Shown here one piece after another: positions 6,545 to 12,449 of a stretch of 12,449 nt of DNA (the stretch's first letter is position 1; every line of letters begins with the position of its first letter). The DNA comes from Opitutales bacterium (GTDB taxonomy: Bacteria; Verrucomicrobiota; Verrucomicrobiia; Opitutales; UBA953). The stretch is from positions 131,026 through 143,474 of the forward strand of contig JBBAUX010000004.1 in the NCBI GenBank assembly GCA_040398005.1, written 5' to 3'. The notes under the pieces are model-generated. The model made no database searches. It was not told the origin of the DNA and saw only the letters and a program-made list of their open reading frames with translations. A program made the translations under genes and the position numbers.

Positions 6545-9500
6545 GCTGCGTATACTTTAACTAGCGCGAGCAGTTACACATACACACAAACTTTCGATAC
6601 ACTCGGATTAGGATTAGCAGATTCCAGTCTGACAGGTTGGGGAGTTTATACTGGCGGTAGCACCACCGCTCTCGGTACGGCATCAACCACCATCGTCTAT
6701 ACGGGTACTACAACCTCCTGGAGTGCCACTCCTGGAACATTCAAAAACGTTGCAGCCATAGATACAACTCCAACGGGCACAGCATCGTCCTCGCAGACAA
6801 CAATTACCGATCGTGCTTTGGGCATTCAAATGACTGCGTCGTTTGGTGATAATACCAGTAGCTCAAATGCATGGGGTACTTTCGCTTTTAATTTCGTTTC
6901 CACTGGAATGACGTTCGCTGGAAACAGTACTGCATTGTCATTAAAAATGCAGGAATTTGCAAGCTCCGCGACGCGTTCATCTACCTACTCAATACAGTAT
7001 GGCACTGGAGCTTCGCCAACATCTTGGACATCTTTAGGTACATGGGGTGACCCTGGTGCTGTAGGCTCAACCACTCTCACTTTTACTGGAACCCAACTCA
7101 GTGAACTTTCAAATCAATCTAATGCCTGGATCAGAATAGCTCCAACAGCAGCTACAGGAACTTCCGGTACCCGTGATGGTATAGCTATTGATGACTTCGT
7201 ACTCAGCTATGCTTCTGCTGTTGTTCCAGGTAACTATTGGGTTGGTGGTTCTAATTCATGGAGTTCTTCCTCCACCTCTTTCGCTACTAGTTCGGGTGGT
7301 ACAACGGGTTCAACTCAAGCGACTACCGGTGCTTTAGTTTTTGATACCGCAAGTGCAGCTCCTACAGTTAACGATACAGTCACTGTTAATGCTGGCATCA
7401 CTTTCGGTGCCAACGGAATTTCTATTTCACCTGGTACTGGTACACCCTTAATCAGTTTAGCGGGTGCGAGTGTAGCAGCCAATGCACTTGCTGTTACCAA
7501 TGCCGGAGATACTGCTACAATCTCAGTTAAACTTACCGGTAGCAATGGACTCACGATGTCCGGCCCTGGTAAATTAGTTCTCTCTGGTGATAACTCAGGA
7601 TTAACTGGCGCGGTTACTCTTTCAGCAGGTACCTTGCGCGGAACTGTAGCTAACGCACTCGGTGGTGGCACTCTTGCCATCAGCGGTGGTACTTTAGAAT
7701 TAGCGAACGACTCCGATACTTCATTCGGTCGCAATACCACAATCTCTGCTAACACTACTATTAAGTCAGATCGTACCACGAGCGGTGCGGGTACCACTCA
7801 AACTCTCGGTACACTTTCTATCGGTGCTCAAACTCTTACTATTGATAAGGGTAGCAATGTTGCTTCAGGAACTGCGGGTGTTACTTTCGGTGCAGTTACT
7901 TTAAGTGGTGCGCCAACCTTTACCGCTAACTCCGGTGCACTCTTAACACTGGCTTCAATTACTGGAACAAATACGGCTTTAGTATTCGGTGGTGCAGGTA
8001 GCACGACTGTTTCAGGCGCGATCGCTACAGGAACCGGTACTCTCAATAAGTCTGGCGCAGGTACATTAACCCTTTCCGGCACTAATACATACACGGGTAA
8101 CACTTCTATTACTGGTGGTAAAATCGCACTTTCTGGTTCTAGTGCTGCTATAGCGGGTAACGTATCCATCGGTAGCACGGGTACACTCTCAACTGTCACA
8201 ACAGGTGCTGCCGCGAGTAGCGTTGGTGGAAATGTCACCTTAGCCACGGGTGGTACCATGGATTTGACTGCTGGTAACTTAAACGTCGGCGGTAAATTAA
8301 CCATAACAGGTGGTGATCTTAATTACGTCCTTGGTAAGACCATGGCGGTCACGGGAATTCTTGATGTATCAGGCAGCGTAAATATTAATCTCTCTGGTTC
8401 ATATACCATCGGAAGTACTTATACTCTATTAACCTATGCATCAAGTGGTTCAACGAGTTTGACCAGCAACACTTTCAATATTGTTGGACCGGTGGGAGTT
8501 ACCACCGCAGCTTTCGATTCTGATTTAACTACTGCTGGTGCGTTCAAAATTTTTGTCAGACAGCTCTCGTCGGCTTTAACATGGAATGCGACTGATGGAA
8601 CATGGAATAAGAGCACGGCAAACTGGGTGAAGGCTGATACTACAGCTAGCGCCTTTACTGATGGTGACACCGTCACCTTCAACAAATCAACTGGCGGCAC
8701 GATTACTATCGCAAGCACTGTCTCACCTGGCTCGGTCACTGTTTCAGCTGCGTCCGGAACCTATACATTCTCTGGTGCCGGTGGCATTGGTGGAACTTCC
8801 AGCACATTAACCAAATCAGGTAATGGTACATTGGTGCTTTCTACTACTAATACTTATACTGGAGACACAACCTTATCAGCGGGTACCTTGCGTGCAACTA
8901 CCGCTGGTGCTCTTGGCACCAATAACTTGGTTATCTCAGGTGGTACTTTAGAATTAGCGAACGACTCCGATACTTCATTCGGTCGCAATACCACAATCTC
9001 TGCTAACACTACTATTAAGTCAGATCGTACCACGAGCGGTGCGGGTACCACTCAAACTCTCGGTACACTTTCTATCGGTGCTCAAACTCTTACTATTGAT
9101 AAGGGTAGCAATGTTGCTTCAGGAACTGCGGGTGTTACTTTCGGTGCAGTTACTTTAAGTGGTGCGCCAACCTTTACCGTTAACTCCGGTGCACTCTTAA
9201 CACTGGCTTCAATTACTGGAACTGCCCAAAATTTAGTATTCAATGGTGCTGGTAATACCACCGTATCTGGTGCGATTGCTACAACTACGGGTACATTAAA
9301 TAAGTCCGGTGCAGGTACATTAACCCTCTCCGGTACTAATACATACACGGGTGCTACTAATATTACAGGTGGTATTGTTTCCGCCTCTGCTGGTGCGTTC
9401 AATGGTACATCGGGTATCACAGTTAATGGCGCGACTCTTACAGCTGTAGATTTTAATTCTGGTATTGGTTTAACCGTTGATGGTACTGGCTCTGCTACTT

Positions 9501-12449
9501 TTAACGGAAGTGCAAATCAAAGCGTCGGTGCATTATCCAATCAAGGAACTGTAAACTTTAGTGGATCGCGCACGGTAACGGTTTCAAGCTTGTCAGGCGC
9601 AGGTACAACTACCTTCGCAAGCAATGCAACGATTACTGGAGGAATTTCAACTGGTGCAGTCAATGTCGCTGGTAATTTATCTTCAGCAATTTCTGGCGGT
9701 ACTGTTTATGTAACGGGTACAACCAATGGTGCGATTTCGGGTGGTAGCGCCACAGTCGGCGGAACTGCTGCGATTACTACTCTCTCCGGTGCTAATACAA
9801 CTCTCACCTTAAATGGTGCGAACAACACTATCAGTACTGTTAGCTCGAGCGGAACCAGCACCTTAACTCTTGGTGGTACTACTTCGATTACGACCTTAAC
9901 GACTGCAGGTTCTGGTGGCATTGCCGTCAATGCAGACACCACGATTGGAACTTTAAGTGACGCTGCTATCACGATTGCTGCCGACAAGATCTTAACCATC
10001 AATTCGGGTTCAAGTTCAACCGCGATCACCGGTAACGGTGCCTTAACTAAGGCTACGGTTGGATCCTTAACACTCTCGGGTGCTAATAATTACACCGGTG
10101 CTACCGCCGTTAACGCTGGTACCTTAAACCTTGGTGCTTCAGATCTCACGCTCGCTGCAGTAACGAATGCTGGTACACTTAATTTCACATCGACTAGCGG
10201 CACGGCTACATTAAGCAGCTTGTCAGGTGCAGGTACCACGGCCTTTAGCGCAGATGCTGCGGTTACCGCATTGAGTGGTAACGCAGTTTCGATTGCATCT
10301 GGAAAAACTCTTACCGTTTCAAGCGGTACCACATCCGGCATCATTTCCGGAGCTGGTTCGTTGACGAAGAATGGTAACGGAACTCTGACCTTAAACGGTG
10401 CTAACTCTTACACCGGTGCTACCACGATTAACGGTGGTACTTTAGCATTCGGTACAGCGCAGACTCTTAATAACCTCCAAGGTTCAAATAGCGCTGCTAC
10501 CTTGGCCCTCTCAACAAATAACTTAACCATCAATGGAAGCGGCACTTCGACCTACCAAGGTGCGATCACCGGTACCGGTGCACTTGCTCATACTGGTTCA
10601 GGTACCGTTAACCTCTCGGGTAATAATTCTGGTTACTCTGGAAATATCACCGTCTCCAACGCTGGTACCTTAAAGGCCTCATCCAATAATGCGCTCGGTA
10701 CTGGTGCAGTCACAGTTACATCGGGTACCGTTAATGCCGCTAACGGAATTACCGTTTCGAATGACATCGTCATTGGAACTGCTGCAGCGAGTTCAATGGG
10801 ATCCACCACAACTTTACAAAGTTGGAACTTCTTCGGTCAAACTACGGTAGCTACATCTGCAGCACAAACAGTAGCATCTGGTATCGATACCGGAACTATT
10901 GGAGAGACCGCCCTCACTTATAATAACCTCACCCGCGGAACAACTGCGACGGCAAGTGCTGCTGCTAATTCATTCCGTACTGTAGGATTCCAAAACAACG
11001 GTATCTCGACATCGAACACGGACTATTTCCAGTGGGTAGTTTCTACCACATCTGCCGCTTTTAATTTAACTGAGATTGGTGCCAAATTCGATGGTACTTC
11101 TAGTTTCTATGCAGCCCCAGGTGTGAGCTCACAGTTTGCTTATAGCTTAGACGGAACGACCTTCAATTTAATCGGATCAGCAGCATCAATCACATCAGGA
11201 CGTACGCAGACTGTTGATTTAAGTGGTGTCGATGCTCTACAAGGTTTATCGGCCAGTACCGATGTCTACTTCCGCTACTATGCTAGTGGACAGACTTCAA
11301 CCGGTGGTTGGGGTTATATTTCTGCCAATAATACTTCAGCAGCCGATGGATTGTATTTAAAGGGTGCACTGAACAGTTACACCGCTGTTTCTGGTTCTGG
11401 TACGCTCGGTATCGACACCGCAGGTACTGCGAACTTCTCGGGTAATATCACTAATAATAACTTAGCGACCTTAACGGCTGCATCTGGTGGTACCGCAAAC
11501 TTCTCTGGAGTTATTTCTGGTAAAGGTTCAATCAACAAGACTGGTGCGGGCACAGTTTATCTCTCGGGAACCAATACCTTCACGGGTGCTGTTACGGTTA
11601 GCGAAGGTACACTTTCTGTAGCATCCATCGGTAACGGTGGTGTTGCTGGTAATCTTGGTCGCGCAACCAACGCCGCCGCTAATATCGTCTTCGCGGGTGG
11701 TACGCTCCAATACACAGGCGCTGGTGAAACCACTGACCGTGCATTCACATTGGGCTCAGGTGCAACGGGAACGATTATCGATGCTTCAGGCACGGGTGCG
11801 TTGGTTCTTTCTGCGGCAGCTCACGCTTATACTTCTACAAATGTTGCACGTACTCTTACTTTAACGGGTACAAATACTGGAACGAATGAAATCAGCGGTC
11901 TTATTGCTAATACGGGTACGGGTGTAACTTCCTTGACCAAGACTGGTGCAGGAACCTGGAAACTTTCAGGTACCAATACTTTCACGGGTGTAACCACAAT
12001 TAACAATGGTACACTTTCCGTAGCAACCATCGGTAATGGTGGTGTTGCTGGAAATCTCGGCCAAGCAAGCAACGCTGCTGCTAATTTAGTTCTCGGTGGC
12101 GGTACACTTCTCTACACGGGATCCTCTGCATCTTCGGATCGTAACTTCACACTCACAACTGGTACAACGAGCACGATTAATGTAAGTACAGCTGGTCAGA
12201 CTCTGACGCTTTCAGGTTCTACTACTAATACTACGGGTGCATTAACCAAAGCCGGTGCTGGTAATTTAACTCTTTCGGGAACTAATTTATACACCGGTGT
12301 AACCACGATTAGCGCTGGTACACTTTCCGTTGCCAATATTGGTCTTGGTGGTGCTGCAAGCGGAACAACCAATCTTGGTCGCGCAACCAACGCCGCCGCT
12401 AATATCGTCTTCGCGGGTGGTACGCTCCAATACACAGGCGCTGGTGAAA
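6419..12449 (+). CDS. Giant secreted PATR (autotransporter-associated beta-strand repeat) surface protein, paralog of gene 1; 3'-truncated by the window edge
   Basis: ATG at 6419 in frame +2. The frame reads MKTTAITRAKKNNIAFQNFLRNAAAITLFATAAASQVQTAKAAAYTL... and is still in register at the window end (...GGTLQYTGAGE), giving 2010 full codons with no stop found. About 10 PATR-like motifs occur near 7553, 8045, 8810, 9299, 10046, 10364, 10586, 11534, 11936 and 12245. It has extensive colinear similarity to gene 1. The C-terminus is not visible, so a PEP-CTERM signal is only predicted by analogy. Confidence 0.93.
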   Translation, partial: MKTTAITRAKKNNIAFQNFLRNAAAITLFATAAASQVQTAKAAAYTLTSASSYTYTQTFDTLGLGLADSSLTGWGVYTGGSTTALGTASTTIVYTGTTTSWSATPGTFKNVAAIDTTPTGTASSSQTTITDRALGIQMTASFGDNTSSSNAWGTFAFNFVSTGMTFAGNSTALSLKMQEFASSATRSSTYSIQYGTGASPTSWTSLGTWGDPGAVGSTTLTFTGTQLSELSNQSNAWIRIAPTAATGTSGTRDGIAIDDFVLSYASAVVPGNYWVGGSNSWSSSSTSFATSSGGTTGSTQATTGALVFDTASAAPTVNDTVTVNAGITFGANGISISPGTGTPLISLAGASVAANALAVTNAGDTATISVKLTGSNGLTMSGPGKLVLSGDNSGLTGAVTLSAGTLRGTVANALGGGTLAISGGTLELANDSDTSFGRNTTISANTTIKSDRTTSGAGTTQTLGTLSIGAQTLTIDKGSNVASGTAGVTFGAVTLSGAPTFTANSGALLTLASITGTNTALVFGGAGSTTVSGAIATGTGTLNKSGAGTLTLSGTNTYTGNTSITGGKIALSGSSAAIAGNVSIGSTGTLSTVTTGAAASSVGGNVTLATGGTMDLTAGNLNVGGKLTITGGDLNYVLGKTMAVTGILDVSGSVNINLSGSYTIGSTYTLLTYASSGSTSLTSNTFNIVGPVGVTTAAFDSDLTTAGAFKIFVRQLSSALTWNATDGTWNKSTANWVKADTTASAFTDGDTVTFNKSTGGTITIASTVSPGSVTVSAASGTYTFSGAGGIGGTSSTLTKSGNGTLVLSTTNTYTGDTTLSAGTLRATTAGALGTNNLVISGGTLELANDSDTSFGRNTTISANTTIKSDRTTSGAGTTQTLGTLSIGAQTLTIDKGSNVASGTAGVTFGAVTLSGAPTFTVNSGALLTLASITGTAQNLVFNGAGNTTVSGAIATTTGTLNKSGAGTLTLSGTNTYTGATNITGGIVSASAGAFNGTSGITVNGATLTAVDFNSGIGLTVDGTGSATFNGSANQSVGALSNQGTVNFSGSRTVTVSSLSGAGTTTFASNATITGGISTGAVNVAGNLSSAISGGTVYVTGTTNGAISGGSATVGGTAAITTLSGANTTLTLNGANNTISTVSSSGTSTLTLGGTTSITTLTTAGSGGIAVNADTTIGTLSDAAITIAADKILTINSGSSSTAITGNGALTKATVGSLTLSGANNYTGATAVNAGTLNLGASDLTLAAVTNAGTLNFTSTSGTATLSSLSGAGTTAFSADAAVTALSGNAVSIASGKTLTVSSGTTSGIISGAGSLTKNGNGTLTLNGANSYTGATTINGGTLAFGTAQTLNNLQGSNSAATLALSTNNLTINGSGTSTYQGAITGTGALAHTGSGTVNLSGNNSGYSGNITVSNAGTLKASSNNALGTGAVTVTSGTVNAANGITVSNDIVIGTAAASSMGSTTTLQSWNFFGQTTVATSAAQTVASGIDTGTIGETALTYNNLTRGTTATASAAANSFRTVGFQNNGISTSNTDYFQWVVSTTSAAFNLTEIGAKFDGTSSFYAAPGVSSQFAYSLDGTTFNLIGSAASITSGRTQTVDLSGVDALQGLSASTDVYFRYYASGQTSTGGWGYISANNTSAADGLYLKGALNSYTAVSGSGTLGIDTAGTANFSGNITNNNLATLTAASGGTANFSGVISGKGSINKTGAGTVYLSGTNTFTGAVTVSEGTLSVASIGNGGVAGNLGRATNAAANIVFAGGTLQYTGAGETTDRAFTLGSGATGTIIDASGTGALVLSAAAHAYTSTNVARTLTLTGTNTGTNEISGLIANTGTGVTSLTKTGAGTWKLSGTNTFTGVTTINNGTLSVATIGNGGVAGNLGQASNAAANLVLGGGTLLYTGSSASSDRNFTLTTGTTSTINVSTAGQTLTLSGSTTNTTGALTKAGAGNLTLSGTNLYTGVTTISAGTLSVANIGLGGAASGTTNLGRATNAAANIVFAGGTLQYTGAGE
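6545..7231 (+). other. N-terminal non-repeat domain of gene 2 (predicted beta-sandwich tip domain)
   Basis: About 230 aa without PATR motifs: YTQTFDTL...GWGVY...TDRALGIQ...YSIQYGTGASPTSWTSLGTW...AWIRI...RDGIAIDDFVLSY. The alternating beta pattern, several Trp/Tyr and a terminal IDDF strand resemble jelly-roll extracellular domains (inference). Confidence 0.55.
7685..7968 (+). repeat. 284-bp intragenic direct repeat, copy 1
   Basis: Matches 8939-9222 (offset 1254 bp = 418 codons) with one mismatch, C7926 vs T9180 (GCT Ala vs GTT Val), by manual alignment. Confidence 0.95.
8939..9222 (+). repeat. 284-bp intragenic direct repeat, copy 2
   Basis: Near-identical to 7685-7968. A diverged third copy lies in gene 1 from 457 and shares the exact 22-mer GGTGGTACTTTAGAATTAGCGA. 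Confidence 0.95.
10778..11392 (+). other. Inserted ~200-aa globular domain in gene 2, homolog of 3667-4275
   Basis: LQSWNFFG...NSFRTVGFQNNGISTSNTDYFQW...FAYSLDGTTF...VYFRYYASGQTSTGGWGY, in the same context as in gene 1 (after N-x-I-x-IG, before GSG-x-LGID-x-AGTA). Confidence 0.65.
11651..11729 (+). repeat. Exact direct repeat of at least 79 bp, copy 1
   Basis: AATCTTGGTCGCGCAACC...GCTGGTGAAA is identical to 12371-12449 (offset 720 bp = 240 codons). Confidence 0.95.
12371..12449 (+). repeat. Exact direct repeat of at least 79 bp, copy 2 (runs off the window end)
   Basis: Identical to 11651-11729 up to the last base of the window. The true length is unknown. Confidence 0.95.

Noticed and set aside
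7685..9222. Diversity-generating retroelement template/variable repeat pair
   Set aside because: The single mismatch is C/T on the coding strand with no cluster of adenine-specific changes, both copies are in-frame coding sequence, and no reverse transcriptase is present.
90..12435. Numerous minus-strand ORFs (60-292 aa) in the ORF track
   Set aside because: They lie antisense to the two large genes and are Val/Pro/Ala-rich mirror translations of Thr/Gly/Asn codons. They repeat wherever the sense modules repeat and have no independent protein features.

Overview
The window holds two co-oriented, paralogous giant surface-protein genes on the + strand, separated by a 532-bp intergenic region. 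Gene 1 (<1..5886) is open from base 1, so it starts upstream of the window and the ORF-track start at 109 is an artefact. It is a Gly/Thr/Ser/Ala/Asn-rich predicted beta-helix protein with about 12 autotransporter-associated beta-strand (PATR-type) repeats. It ends in a PEP-CTERM sorting signal instead of an autotransporter beta-barrel. Gene 2 (6419..>12449, at least 2010 codons) is missing from the ORF track because it has no stop in the window. It has a long Sec-type signal peptide, an N-terminal beta-sandwich-like domain and about 10 PATR-type repeats. This architecture is typical of Verrucomicrobiota/PVC bacteria (inference). Most notable: (i) the two genes are mosaics of shared modules whose indels and swaps fall at PATR motifs; (ii) gene 2 has near-perfect internal duplications (284 bp with 1 mismatch, and at least 79 bp exact) inside otherwise diverged flanks; (iii) a conserved ~200-aa globular domain is inserted in the helix of both proteins; (iv) three 18-bp CTAGGGT-N4-ACCCTAG-type palindromes lie between the genes, two forming a larger perfect inverted repeat. 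No enzyme, recombinase, RNA gene, CRISPR array or mobile element is visible.
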